Assembly: GCA_964648205.1 (NCBI GenBank)
Contig: CAZYNT010000001.1
Location: 47,765-111,764 of the forward strand
Source: an uncultured Gammaproteobacteria bacterium
Lineage (GTDB): Bacteria > Patescibacteriota > Patescibacteriia > Patescibacteriales > UBA12465
Direction: 5' to 3'
DNA length: 64,000 bases
The notes beneath the pieces were generated by a model, which did no database searches, was not told where the DNA came from, and worked only from the letters and a program-made list of their open reading frames with translations. The stretch's first letter is position 1; the number at the start of each line of letters is the position of its first letter. Made by a program: the position numbers and the translations under genes. Of the stretch, positions 45,391-54,757 are shown piece after piece.

Positions 45391-45825
45391 TTAACAATTT
45401 TTAAACATAACTACAAAATCATCAGCCAAAGAATAGCCGCGCTTCTCATAAAAATCCAGCAAACGCTTATCTTTTTTAGTCCAAAGCATCGCCGATCTAA
45501 CACCTCGCGCCTTTAAATACTCCTGGGCATGCGCCATCAGCGCCGTGCCGACGCCATTATTTTGATTTGCGGGGTTGACTACTATCTCTTCCAAAATAGC
45601 TTGGGAGCCAACGCTCCAGGTCGATAATCTTAAAAATATAAAACCCAATATTTCGTTCCCTTCAACAGATACAAAACTATCATTCTTACAATTATTATAT
45701 TTTTCTAAAATATATTTATAAGCATTATCACCAACGAAATTTTCGTTGTAGGGCGGTTTACCATAAGCCGCCTGCAATAAATTGGCGCAAACCGACAAAT
45801 CTTCTTCTGTTATATTTCTAATCAT
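45391..45825 (-). CDS. GNAT family N-acetyltransferase
   Basis: Acetyl-CoA binding segment VVNPANQNNGVGTALM. Confidence 0.8.
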   Translation of the reverse strand: MIRNITEEDLSVCANLLQAAYGKPPYNENFVGDNAYKYILEKYNNCKNDSFVSVEGNEILGFIFLRLSTWSVGSQAILEEIVVNPANQNNGVGTALMAHAQEYLKARGVRSAMLWTKKDKRLLDFYEKRGYSLADDFVVMFKNC

Positions 45826-45945
45826 ATTATTTTAGGCATTATCCGTTTAATATTATTATAACATTTTCATTCCTATAACTAAAATCCCGGGTTATTCTTA
45901 CGGCTCGCGTTTATTATGATAACATCGTAATATACTTTCTATAAT

Positions 45946-46584
45946 TTGCCTCAATTTAACCTCTATGCTATTTTAACTGTATATATATTTTTTATGTTTG
46001 ATCTTGTCGCTCTCATAAAAGCTGCCGGCTACCTCGGGCTCTTCGGCATCATCTTTGCTGAATCGGGTTTGTTTTTCGGTTTCTTCTTCCCCGGCGACAG
46101 CCTTCTTTTTACGGCCGGCTTTCTCGCCTCCAAGGGCTTTCTAAATATCTATTTTCTAATTGTCCTGACTTTTTTGGCCGCAGTTCTTGGCGACAATGTC
46201 GGCTATTGGTTCGGTAAAAAAACCGGGCCGAAAATTTTTACTCGAGATGATTCTCTTTTATTCCATAAAGACCATGTAACTAAGGCGGAGAAATTCTTTA
46301 AAAAATACGGGCCGAAAACAATAATTTTCGCCCGCTTCGTCCCTATCGTGCGCACTTTCGCGCCTATTCTTGCCGGCGTGGGAAAAATGCATTACCGGAC
46401 TTTTTTTATTTATAATCTGGTCGGCGGCGCCCTTTGGACTATCAGTCTTTCCCTGCTTGGCTATTTTCTCGGCCAAATAGTACCGAACATCGACAAGTAT
46501 CTTCTGCCGATAGTCGCCCTTATCATCATTGTTTCTGCGCTGCCCAATATCTATCAGATTTTAAAAATAAAATTTAAAAAATAA
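45946..46584 (+). CDS. DedA family membrane protein
   Basis: ESGLFFGFFFPGDSLLFTAGFLA signature of the DedA/SNARE-associated family. Confidence 0.85.
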   Translation: MPQFNLYAILTVYIFFMFDLVALIKAAGYLGLFGIIFAESGLFFGFFFPGDSLLFTAGFLASKGFLNIYFLIVLTFLAAVLGDNVGYWFGKKTGPKIFTRDDSLLFHKDHVTKAEKFFKKYGPKTIIFARFVPIVRTFAPILAGVGKMHYRTFFIYNLVGGALWTISLSLLGYFLGQIVPNIDKYLLPIVALIIIVSALPNIYQILKIKFKK

Positions 46585-46594
46585 TCTGATATAA

Positions 46595-46630
46595 AATATA
46601 TAAAAAAGTCGCTAATTCTCAAAAGCGACT
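46595..46630 (-). terminator. Intrinsic terminator on the minus strand ending a short GC-rich transcript
   Basis: AAGTCGCTTTTGAGAATTAGCGACTT on the minus strand, followed by TTTTTTATATATTTT. Confidence 0.5.
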
Positions 46631-46644
46631 TAAATGCTTTCGCC

Positions 46645-46827
46645 TCAACGATCTTTGCGGCCACGGTTTTCCTGGCGGCGGATTGGCGTTATTTTTTTGT
46701 ACCCGGGGCAAATATGGCCGGAATGATTTACCGGCAGATTGGTCGCGGCTCCTTCGGGCGGATGAATAATAATTTCTTCGTGCGGCAATGTGCCGCAGCC
46801 TACTCTGATTCCTTCTTTTTTTGCCAT
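46645..46827 (-). CDS. Small hypothetical protein (60 aa, Cys/His-containing), or else part of a small RNA
   Basis: ATG-initiated ORF MAKKEGIRVGCGTLPHEEIIIHPPEG... inside a GC-rich ~250-nt unit. The minus strand has a TTGACA box upstream and a terminator downstream. No family recognised. Confidence 0.25.
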   Translation of the reverse strand: MAKKEGIRVGCGTLPHEEIIIHPPEGAATNLPVNHSGHICPGYKKITPIRRQENRGRKDR

Positions 46828-46947
46828 TTATAAAGAATTTTAGATGTAAAATCAATCTAGCATAATTAATGAAATGTGTCCAGCCTAATTTAATAAATAC
46901 AAAGACTTGTCAAAATTAAAATCATTTGTTATCATCAATTTTGTTAA

Positions 46948-47020
46948 GCGCCTATAGCTCAGTTGGTAGAGCGGCTCCCTTTTAAGGAGATGGTCGCAGG
47001 TTCGAATCCTGCTGGGCGCA
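46948..47020 (+). tRNA. tRNA-Lys (anticodon TTT)
   Basis: GCGCCTATAGCTCAGTTGGTAGAGCGGCTCCCTTTTAAGGAGATGGTCGCAGGTTCGAATCCTGCTGGGCGCA. Close to E. coli tRNA-Lys. Confidence 0.85.
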
Positions 47021-47105
47021 CAATGGATAGGCCCGATTACCGGGCTTATTTTTATTTAAAAAAACCATCTATTTGATGGTTTAATTGTAGCTTTGATTTT
47101 TTCTT

Positions 47106-47525
47106 TTATTCAAGCGGCTTTAAAACAACTTTCCCGTCTTGCATCACGGCAACAAAACGATTTTGCCTGCAAAGATTTGGGTCCTGCGTAAATTCAACGC
47201 CTTCAAAAAAGAAAACTCGCCTCTTTTCATCCTTGCCCCAAAAACCAAGAACCGCGCCGACTGTTTCCATTTTTCCCCGGCCTTTTTCTGCTTTGATTAG
47301 TTTAATCAAAACATATCGCCGATTGGCGACGATTTTGGCTTGGGTATATTGGAGATGGATAGAGTTTGCTTGTAAACTCAAGAGAAATAAAGTTGCTAAT
47401 CCAGTTAGTGAGAACGCGACAATATTCAAAGTTTTTTCGCAAAAAAAATATTGCAAAACAACGTTTAATACTGTCATGGATAAAACAACCCACAAACAGG
47501 TTGAGAAAGAACGGTTGATTTTCAT
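47106..47525 (-). CDS. Hypothetical membrane-anchored protein
   Basis: 139 aa with an N-terminal hydrophobic region. Lies between two tRNA genes. Confidence 0.4.
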   Translation of the reverse strand: MKINRSFSTCLWVVLSMTVLNVVLQYFFCEKTLNIVAFSLTGLATLFLLSLQANSIHLQYTQAKIVANRRYVLIKLIKAEKGRGKMETVGAVLGFWGKDEKRRVFFFEGVEFTQDPNLCRQNRFVAVMQDGKVVLKPLE

Positions 47526-47643
47526 CTTATAAGATTTAGGGGGTTAACATCTGGTTCGGCTGAATATTAACCTTATAATTTAGCAACTATTTTGTCAAGC
47601 TCTTCCCAAAATTAAATAAATAATTTATATTTAAGAGAGCCGC

Positions 47644-47719
47644 GCCATCTTAGCTCAGTTGGTAGAGCAGCCGCCTTGTAAGCGGCAGGTCGTCGGTCCG
47701 AGCCCGACAGATGGCTCCA
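47644..47719 (+). tRNA. tRNA-Thr (anticodon TGT), CCA encoded
   Basis: GCCATCTTAGCTCAGTTGGTAGAGCAGCCGCCTTGTAAGCGGCAGGTCGTCGGTCCGAGCCCGACAGATGGCTCCA. Confidence 0.85.
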
Positions 47720-47728
47720 TAAAAAAGA

Positions 47729-47768
47729 CCGCCCTTTAACCTTACGGTTTGGGGGCGGTTTTGTTATT
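47729..47768. terminator. Bidirectional intrinsic terminator
   Basis: ACCGCCC...GGGCGGT 7-bp stem with T-runs on both strands. Confidence 0.6.
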
Positions 47769-48150
47769 GAGAGCAGTCTTTTCCGTCTTTTTTCTTAATA
47801 ACGACCTGAAAATCCGCTCGAAGCCAAGGGCTTTCTCTGTCGAGCTTGAATCTTCTTTTGATCTGGTTGTAAATCAGATCTTTGAGGAGAGAAATGTCTT
47901 CTCCTATGTTCTCATACTCGCGAGATTCTTCTTCATTGGCAGTTTCTATTTCTTCGGCGCGCTTAGCCTTCTTTAAAAGGAGAGCGTAAATTTTCTGCTC
48001 AAAATCGTTCAAGTTGCCGATTGGTTTTTCCATCGTGGTTGCAGTATCTTTTGCCAGACTTTCCTTGGCTTGACCGATTTCGTCAGGGGTAATCTGGAAC
48101 ACCTCCCCCAGGAGGGTTATGGCTATGTCTTCGGGTTTAATTGTATTCAT
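47764..48150 (-). CDS. Hypothetical acidic protein
   Basis: 128 aa ORF with no motif. Confidence 0.4.
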   Translation of the reverse strand: MNTIKPEDIAITLLGEVFQITPDEIGQAKESLAKDTATTMEKPIGNLNDFEQKIYALLLKKAKRAEEIETANEEESREYENIGEDISLLKDLIYNQIKRRFKLDRESPWLRADFQVVIKKKDGKDCSQ

Positions 48151-48361
48151 CTTTTAGGTTTTTTAAGGGTAAAAAACTACTAATATATATGGGGTTAAGG
48201 TACTATTTTTTAATATGATAAATTAACAAGAAACAAAAATTATGTCAATATCTTAATAATCAGTTAATAAAAGGTTGATAAAATATCCTTGAATAATCGC
48301 TGTATATAAGTTAAAATAAGCTAACGAGAACTAATGGAAATTATCGCCTAATAATATAAAT

Positions 48362-49759
48362 ATGGCCAATAATCAATTGATTGAAAAAATACCCCCCCAT
48401 AGCTTAGAAGCGGAAGAATCTTTAATCGGCTCCCTTTTAATTGATAAGGACGCCATTATTAAGGTGGCGGACAGTATAATGCCCCAAGATTTTTATAAGG
48501 ATGCCCATAAAACTCTTTTTGAAACAATCAAAGAGTTATACAGCAACCAAGAACCGATTGATATTATTACTTTGTCAAACCGCCTTGAAGAAAAAAAACA
48601 ATTAACCGGAATCGGCGGCCGGTCTTATCTGGCTCGTTTATCGAACGTCGTCGCGACGTCCGGCAATATTGTCCAATACGCTGGCATTATCCAGCGCAAA
48701 GCTACTTTGCGGCGGCTGCAGCAAGCGGCGGCGGAAATTTCCTCGATGAGCTTCGACGAAGAAAAAGAAATCGACGAAGTGCTTGATGAAACCGAAAAAA
48801 AAATATTCGGCGTGTCGCGGAAATATTTAAAAAACGCTTTTATTCCCATAGACACTCTTTTAACCAACGCTTTTGACCGCATTGATGAGCTCCATAAATA
48901 CAGCGGCAAGCTGCGCGGTCTTTCGACCGGGTTCCCCGATCTCGATCATCTTTTGGCGGGCCTGCAAAAGTCCGATTTAATTATTTTAGCCGCCCGTCCT
49001 TCTGTCGGAAAAACTGCTTTCGCTTTAGATATCGCTCGCCAAGCCGCCATAAAAAGCAAGGAAGGCGTCGGCATCTTTTCTCTGGAAATGAGTAAGGAAC
49101 AATTAGTCGACCGCCTGCTCTGCGCCCAAGCGAATGTCAGTTTATGGAAAATGCGCACCGGGAATCTGTCAGATAAAGAAGAAGATAATGATTTCGCACG
49201 TATTGGAGAAGCGATGGGTAAACTGGCTGAAGCGCCGATTTACATCGACGATTCCGGCACTCTTTCAATCATGGAAATAAGAGCTAAGGCGCGCCGTTTG
49301 CAGATGGAAAAAGGGCTGGGTCTTATAGTTATCGATTATCTGCAGTTGATGGAAGGACGGGGAAAATACGGCGATAACCGTGTTCAAGAAATAGCGGAAA
49401 TCAGCCGCGGGCTTAAATCTATCGCCCGCGAACTTAATATCCCGATTCTCGCTCTCGCCCAGCTTTCCCGGGCGGTTGAAGCGACTCATCCGGCCATCCC
49501 GAAACTATCTCACTTGCGCGATTCCGGTTCCATAGAACAGGACGCAGACGTAGTTATGTTTATTTACCGCAAAGCGGCGGACCGCGGCTATAATCCGGCC
49601 GACCTCCCCATGGATGAGCGCTATAAAGCGGAAATCCATATTGCCAAACACCGCAATGGACCGACCGGCAAGGTTGACTTATATTTTGATGAAAACACCG
49701 TAAACTTCAAAAGCTTGAGCAAGATGCCAAGCGGCAATATCGCCCCTGTAGAATTTTAA
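48362..49759 (+). CDS. dnaB: Replicative DNA helicase DnaB
   Basis: N-terminal LPHSLEAEESLIGSLL, Walker A ARPSVGKT and RecA-like C-terminal motifs. Confidence 0.95.
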   Translation: MANNQLIEKIPPHSLEAEESLIGSLLIDKDAIIKVADSIMPQDFYKDAHKTLFETIKELYSNQEPIDIITLSNRLEEKKQLTGIGGRSYLARLSNVVATSGNIVQYAGIIQRKATLRRLQQAAAEISSMSFDEEKEIDEVLDETEKKIFGVSRKYLKNAFIPIDTLLTNAFDRIDELHKYSGKLRGLSTGFPDLDHLLAGLQKSDLIILAARPSVGKTAFALDIARQAAIKSKEGVGIFSLEMSKEQLVDRLLCAQANVSLWKMRTGNLSDKEEDNDFARIGEAMGKLAEAPIYIDDSGTLSIMEIRAKARRLQMEKGLGLIVIDYLQLMEGRGKYGDNRVQEIAEISRGLKSIARELNIPILALAQLSRAVEATHPAIPKLSHLRDSGSIEQDADVVMFIYRKAADRGYNPADLPMDERYKAEIHIAKHRNGPTGKVDLYFDENTVNFKSLSKMPSGNIAPVEF

Positions 49760-49789
49760 TTAAATAACTTATAATTAACTGAACCCTTT

Positions 49790-50083
49790 TTGGGTAAAAT
49801 ATTTTTTATGTTCAGCAAATTAAAACAGTTCAAAGATTTACGCAGCCAAGCGAAAATTATGCAGAATGCGCTCTCCCAGGAAACCATCACCGAAGAAAAA
49901 AACGGCGTGAAGATTGTCTTAAACGGCAATATGGAGGTAACTGAATTAACTTTAAGCGAGGCTTTGCCGAAAAGCTCTCAGGAAGCAATTCTTAAAGATT
50001 GCTTTAATGACGCCGTCAAACGCGCCCAAAGAATCATGGCCAAAAAATTACAGGATATGGGGGGAATCCCGGGAATGAATTAA
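49790..50083 (+). CDS. YbaB/EbfC nucleoid-associated protein
   Basis: About 95 aa with the typical ...LQ.MGGIPGMN C-terminus. Located upstream of recR as in many bacteria. Confidence 0.8.
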   Translation: MGKIFFMFSKLKQFKDLRSQAKIMQNALSQETITEEKNGVKIVLNGNMEVTELTLSEALPKSSQEAILKDCFNDAVKRAQRIMAKKLQDMGGIPGMN

Positions 50084-50100
50084 TTATTATCTTAATTTCC

Positions 50101-50697
50101 ATGCGCTATCCGCAAGCGATCCAAAATTTAATCGGAAAATTCGCAACGCTGCCCAGTGTCGGCCCCAAAACCGCCGAACGTTATGTTTTTCATCTTCTCC
50201 GCCAGAGCGAAGAAAACTTAAACGAACTGGCGGAAGCGGTTAAAAACTTAAAATCAAAAACGACGCTTTGTTCGTCCTGCCAAGCGATTACAGAAACTAA
50301 TCCTTGCTCTATTTGCGGCAACCAAAATCGGGCAAATGACATCCTCTGCTTGGTCGAAAACACCCAAGATCTCTTAACGATTGAAGCAACAAGGCAATTC
50401 GACGGAAAATACTTCGTGCTCGGCGGCCTAATCAATACCATTAACGATGTTTCGCCTAATGATTTAAATATCGCTAAATTAACCAAGCGCATCAAGGACG
50501 ATAAAATAAAAGAAATAATTCTGGCGCTCAATTTTACGCTTGAGGGCGAAACCACTTCTCTTTATTTAAATAAGCTCCTGCGAAATCACATAAAAATAAC
50601 GCGCCTCGCCAAGGGTTTGCCCGCCGGTTCGGATTTAGAGTACGCCGACGAAACAACACTTGCGAATGCGCTTAAATATCGTAATGAAATAAAATAA
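50101..50697 (+). CDS. recR: Recombination protein RecR
   Basis: HhH N-terminus, C4 zinc finger CSSCQ...CSICGN, and a Toprim domain. Confidence 0.9.
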   Translation: MRYPQAIQNLIGKFATLPSVGPKTAERYVFHLLRQSEENLNELAEAVKNLKSKTTLCSSCQAITETNPCSICGNQNRANDILCLVENTQDLLTIEATRQFDGKYFVLGGLINTINDVSPNDLNIAKLTKRIKDDKIKEIILALNFTLEGETTSLYLNKLLRNHIKITRLAKGLPAGSDLEYADETTLANALKYRNEIK

Positions 50698-50713
50698 AAT
50701 ATTTTAAAAGGAG

Positions 50714-50998
50714 GTGAAGATGATTGCTGGTTCTATGTTGATTTTTATTATTTTGGCTTTTATTTTATTTTCCATCATCGGGATCTTTAACAAAAAAATC
50801 GGTCGGTTCATGAGAATGATTATTTTCTACCTAAAAAACCTGCGGCTGACAAAAAGAAATATTTATAAGCTGCCGAAAACAGCCAAAAAAATATACCCCG
50901 TACTTCGCCGGCGTCGCACTCTATTTATAAACAAACTTTTTCAGAACTACCAAAAAAACAAAAAATTAAAAGATGGATCCCGAACTTTAAGCCAATAA
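50714..50998 (+). CDS. Small hypothetical membrane protein
   Basis: 94 aa with a strong AAAGGAGGTGAAG ribosome-binding site and one hydrophobic helix, followed by a basic tail. Confidence 0.4.
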   Translation: MKMIAGSMLIFIILAFILFSIIGIFNKKIGRFMRMIIFYLKNLRLTKRNIYKLPKTAKKIYPVLRRRRTLFINKLFQNYQKNKKLKDGSRTLSQ

Positions 50999-51040
50999 AA
51001 AAGTCCGCTCCCCGAACCGGGAAACGGACTTTTTAATTTT
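50996..51040. terminator. Bidirectional intrinsic terminator between the small membrane ORF and rplU
   Basis: AAGTCCGCTCCCCGAACCGGGAAACGGACTT flanked by A- and T-runs. Confidence 0.65.
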
Positions 51041-51047
51041 TGGATTA

Positions 51048-51356
51048 TTAAGCGATTTTCAAAATCTTAAGGGCGGTAAACTTCTGGCGATGGCCGACTG
51101 TCTTCTTATAACGAGTCTTATTCTTATACTTAACTACTGTAACTTTTTTACCTTTGGCCGTTTCGAGCACCTCGGCTTCAACCTTTTCGCCTAGTGAAGG
51201 TTGGCCTAATTCTAAATTAGCGCCGTCAGCTATTAAAAGAGTTTCCAATTTAACGGTTTTCCCTTTTTCCGCCTCCAGCTTTTCGACTTTAACCGTATCG
51301 CCAACAGCTACCTTATATTGCTTGCCGCCGGTCTTGATTACTGCAATTTTTGCCAT
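51048..51356 (-). CDS. rplU: 50S ribosomal protein L21
   Basis: MAKIAVIKTGGKQYKV N-terminus. Start set at the internal Met rather than the track start. Confidence 0.85.
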   Translation of the reverse strand: MAKIAVIKTGGKQYKVAVGDTVKVEKLEAEKGKTVKLETLLIADGANLELGQPSLGEKVEAEVLETAKGKKVTVVKYKNKTRYKKTVGHRQKFTALKILKIA

Positions 51357-51474
51357 AAAATTTAATAAAATTAACATTTCTGTTTAACATTAATAAATAA
51401 TAACAGATATTTGAAAAATGTCAATAAATAAGTTATAGTAATGAAAGAAACTATAAATCATAATCTTTACAAAT

Positions 51475-52737
51475 ATGCCAAAATTTATCATTACCGGTGG
51501 CAAAAAGTTAAGCGGTGAAATCGCGGTCGGCGGAGCAAAAAACTCAGCCTTAAAAATAATACCGGCCGCTATTCTGTCAAAAGAACCGATTACGATTAAA
51601 AACCTGCCGAATATTGAAGACGTTAATCGTTCTTTAGAGCTCTTGGAATCGCTTGGCGCTCAGATAACTCATTTTAAAAATGGCGTAATCATTAATACCA
51701 AACAGATAAAAACAATAGAATTAGAGCAAAAAATGGCTGATAAATTCCGCGGCTCGATTATGTTTGTCGGGCCGATGCTGGCTCGCTTCGGCGAGGTTAA
51801 GTTCCCTCATCCCGGCGGCTGCGTAATCGGCGCCGGCGGCCGCCCCATTGATCTATTTATTGAAGGCTACAAATCTTTTGGCGCAGAGGTTGATGAAAAC
51901 TCCGGCCACTTTTACCACATCAAGGCAAAAAAATTAAAGCCGGCGAATTATTTCTTTCCTTTAGTTTCGGTAACGGCTACCGAGAGCATGCTTATGACCG
52001 CCTCAATTATTCCCGGAAAGACGATTTTAAATAATTGCGCCATGGAACCGGAGATTGAAGCTTTAGCTGAATATTTAAATAAGCAAGGCGCTAAAATCAA
52101 AGGCGCCGGCTCTCCGACCATAACTATTGAAGGGGCGCGCCAGCTTAAGGCCGGAGCTTTTACTGTTATTCCCGACAGAATTGAGACCGGCTCTTTCGCC
52201 ATACTGGCAGCCGCGGCTAACGCAGAAATCAAAATCACAAAATGCAACCCAGACCACATAATGACCCTTCTAACGGTCTTTAAAAAAATTGGCGTTAATT
52301 TTAAAATCGGCAAAGATTGGATACAAATTAAAAAAAGCGGGCGCCTGACGGCTAATGATGTTAAAACGCATGAATACCCGGGTTTTGCCACTGACCTGCA
52401 ATCGCCCTACGTTGTGTTAATGACACAGGTACACGGCTCGGCCATGATTCATGAAACTATTTATGATCGGCGCCTAATCTGGACCGATATGCTCTCACAG
52501 ATGGGAGCAAATATCACCATGTGCGATCCGCATAGGATTTTAGTGCAAGGACCGACTAAACTATACGGGAAACGCTTAATATCCCCGGACTTAAGGGCCG
52601 GAATCGCCCTGATTATCGCCGGTCTTATCGCCGAAGGAACAACAGAAATCGACAATATCTATCAAATCGACCGCGGATACGAACAATTAGACGCCCGCCT
52701 TAAAAAATTAGGCGCCGCCATTGAGCGTGTTGACTAA
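51475..52737 (+). CDS. murA: UDP-N-acetylglucosamine 1-carboxyvinyltransferase
   Basis: EPT-fold repeats and an active-site Cys region (GGCVIGAGGRPID). 420 aa. Confidence 0.95.
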   Translation: MPKFIITGGKKLSGEIAVGGAKNSALKIIPAAILSKEPITIKNLPNIEDVNRSLELLESLGAQITHFKNGVIINTKQIKTIELEQKMADKFRGSIMFVGPMLARFGEVKFPHPGGCVIGAGGRPIDLFIEGYKSFGAEVDENSGHFYHIKAKKLKPANYFFPLVSVTATESMLMTASIIPGKTILNNCAMEPEIEALAEYLNKQGAKIKGAGSPTITIEGARQLKAGAFTVIPDRIETGSFAILAAAANAEIKITKCNPDHIMTLLTVFKKIGVNFKIGKDWIQIKKSGRLTANDVKTHEYPGFATDLQSPYVVLMTQVHGSAMIHETIYDRRLIWTDMLSQMGANITMCDPHRILVQGPTKLYGKRLISPDLRAGIALIIAGLIAEGTTEIDNIYQIDRGYEQLDARLKKLGAAIERVD

Positions 52738-52746
52738 AAATCTAAT

Positions 52747-54078
52747 ATGTCTAAAAAAGTTCGGGACTATCTCCTAATAATATTTATCATCCTTTTTATA
52801 ATTATGACTGGGGGCACATCTTTATATGCCTCCGGCTATAAATTCAATCTCAGCTGGCCCCTTAAATTCAACCGTCTCCTGCAAAAAACCGGGATGCTCG
52901 CCGTCGCGACCGAACCGTCCCGCTCTCTTATTTATCTTAATGATAAGCTGCAGAAAGACTTGTCTCTCAAACCCTGGAAAAAAGATTATCTTCTGACGCC
53001 GACAAAAATAAAAAATATTCTTCCCGGCGAATATGAATTGCGCCTGGAGCAGCCCGGCTACTGGCCGTATAAGCAAAGAATTTTTATTAATTCGGGCGAA
53101 ACCACCTTCGTTGAAGATGTTAATTTATTCCGGGAAAACCTGCCTCTGCTTCTTGTCTCCGTACCGGAAAACGCCCTGGCTATAAGCCCGGACAAAAAGT
53201 ATTTATACCTGGAAGCAGCCAAAAAAATAATCATTTTAAAAACCGAAGCGATAAGAGCCTTAGATCTTCCGGAAAAAGCAGACGGTTTCTGGCTTAAAAA
53301 CAACAAGCTTCTGGCATCGGGAATAATATTTGACCCCCTAAAATCTACAAACGATGTTAATTACGCCAAATTAATCGGAGCGGAAGCAAGCAATTGGTAT
53401 TTAGACGAAGCGGGCGGCCAGCTTTATTATCAAAACAAAACATCGCTTAACCGCTGGGAAATAAATACCAAAACCAACACCTTGCTACTAAGCGGCGATG
53501 ATTATCTAGCCTATGAGCCGCGAGTTGACAAATTATTTGTTATTGTCAATATAAAAAATCAAATTCATTTACGCTCCTATTCTCTAAAAGATTTACAGTT
53601 AATTCGCGACACTACCCTGCCTACAAACGGCCACTATCTCTTTACTAAAGATATTCCCGGCTACCTATCCATCTACGATGGCCCGAATAAGACTCTTTAC
53701 TTGTACAATGAAAATAAGCTGGAAAACGAACCGGCCATAATCCGGGGAGTGAAAAATTGGGCTATCTATGATTCTGATACTCTTATCTATGCCAACGACT
53801 TGGAAATTTACACTTTCTCGCTTATTAACGGCCGCACCGATCTGATAACACGGCGCAGCGAAGCCATTGAAAAAATAGTTTGGAACGCAACCGGCAACTA
53901 TCTGCTTTTCTCAACCCTTAACACTTTAAACGTCTTAGATTTCAAAAATCGTAATGCCACCCTGCTCTTCCGCGCCGAAAAAATCTCCTCACCCGCGCTA
54001 GACGAAAAAAATAACAATCTTTACTTCTGGGCTAAAGTCGGCCAGCAAGAGGGTGTCTATAAAATGATAATGCAATAG
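52747..54078 (+). CDS. Membrane-anchored PEGA-domain protein with a beta-propeller-like C-terminal region
   Basis: N-terminal TM helix, a PEGA-like block (LPGEYELRLEQPGYWPYKQRIFINSGETTFVE), then repeated beta-strand segments. Confidence 0.5.
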   Translation: MSKKVRDYLLIIFIILFIIMTGGTSLYASGYKFNLSWPLKFNRLLQKTGMLAVATEPSRSLIYLNDKLQKDLSLKPWKKDYLLTPTKIKNILPGEYELRLEQPGYWPYKQRIFINSGETTFVEDVNLFRENLPLLLVSVPENALAISPDKKYLYLEAAKKIIILKTEAIRALDLPEKADGFWLKNNKLLASGIIFDPLKSTNDVNYAKLIGAEASNWYLDEAGGQLYYQNKTSLNRWEINTKTNTLLLSGDDYLAYEPRVDKLFVIVNIKNQIHLRSYSLKDLQLIRDTTLPTNGHYLFTKDIPGYLSIYDGPNKTLYLYNENKLENEPAIIRGVKNWAIYDSDTLIYANDLEIYTFSLINGRTDLITRRSEAIEKIVWNATGNYLLFSTLNTLNVLDFKNRNATLLFRAEKISSPALDEKNNNLYFWAKVGQQEGVYKMIMQ

Positions 54079-54118
54079 AATTAACCACTATATTTACCGT
54101 CCTTTAAACAAAAAAACC

Positions 54119-54685
54119 ATGAACATTTATCAATTTAAGAAAGCAATTGCTTTCCAGGAACCCCTTTTGTGCATTCAGGGTGACATCTTCCAAACACCGG
54201 CCGATCATATTGCTTTTGCGGTAAACTACCCCAATTGTGCTGGCGAATACAATAACTCGGGGGGATTTGCCGGGCAAGTTTGTGCTGAGGCTTGGCCAGA
54301 GCTGAAAAATATAAAATTTGCTAAGGGTGAAATTCGCCATCATCTATTTATGGGCAAGACTTATCATGCTATGGCAGTCCACACCAATGAAGTAAACGGC
54401 TGGAAAGAAACTCCGGAGCTCCTTGAATTCTGCCTCAACAGGCTGCCCGTAGACAGCACGGAAGTAATCGCTATCGTCCTTATAGGCGGCGGCAAAGCCG
54501 GCGCTAAATGGAAAGCTAGTGTTAACAACATTATTGGTATGGCGCGTTCATATAAAACAATCGCCCTGTACGTCAAGGAGGAAAAGCCCTATCAAGCTCT
54601 CTTGGCATTAGGAATTGTTTGCCAGACGATTCCGCTAAACTTCTTCCCTAAAACAAAGAAGTATCGGGCTGAGTTAGTCGCTTAA
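54119..54685 (+). CDS. Macro-domain-like protein (ADP-ribose binding/processing fold)
   Basis: IQGDIFQTPADHIAFAVNYPN...SGGFAGQVCAEAWPEL resembles the macro domain N-terminal signature (VQGDIT...DAIVNAAN..GGGGVDGAI). Confidence 0.45.
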   Translation: MNIYQFKKAIAFQEPLLCIQGDIFQTPADHIAFAVNYPNCAGEYNNSGGFAGQVCAEAWPELKNIKFAKGEIRHHLFMGKTYHAMAVHTNEVNGWKETPELLEFCLNRLPVDSTEVIAIVLIGGGKAGAKWKASVNNIIGMARSYKTIALYVKEEKPYQALLALGIVCQTIPLNFFPKTKKYRAELVA

Positions 54686-54697
54686 AATTAAACAATC

Positions 54698-54732
54698 AAA
54701 AAAAGCCCCGAGAAATCGAGGCTTTTTTATTT
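54698..54732. terminator. Bidirectional intrinsic terminator
   Basis: GCCCCGAGAAATCGAGGC with an A-run before and a T-run after. Confidence 0.6.
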
Positions 54733-54757
54733 TCTAAAACTTCTTGCCAACTAAATT

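Noticed and set aside
46619-46855. 78-aa TTG-initiated, extremely basic ORF
   Set aside because: Starts with TTG. It is an alternative frame of the same GC-rich patch, and the ATG-initiated 60-aa frame is the more conservative call. Even that one is low confidence.
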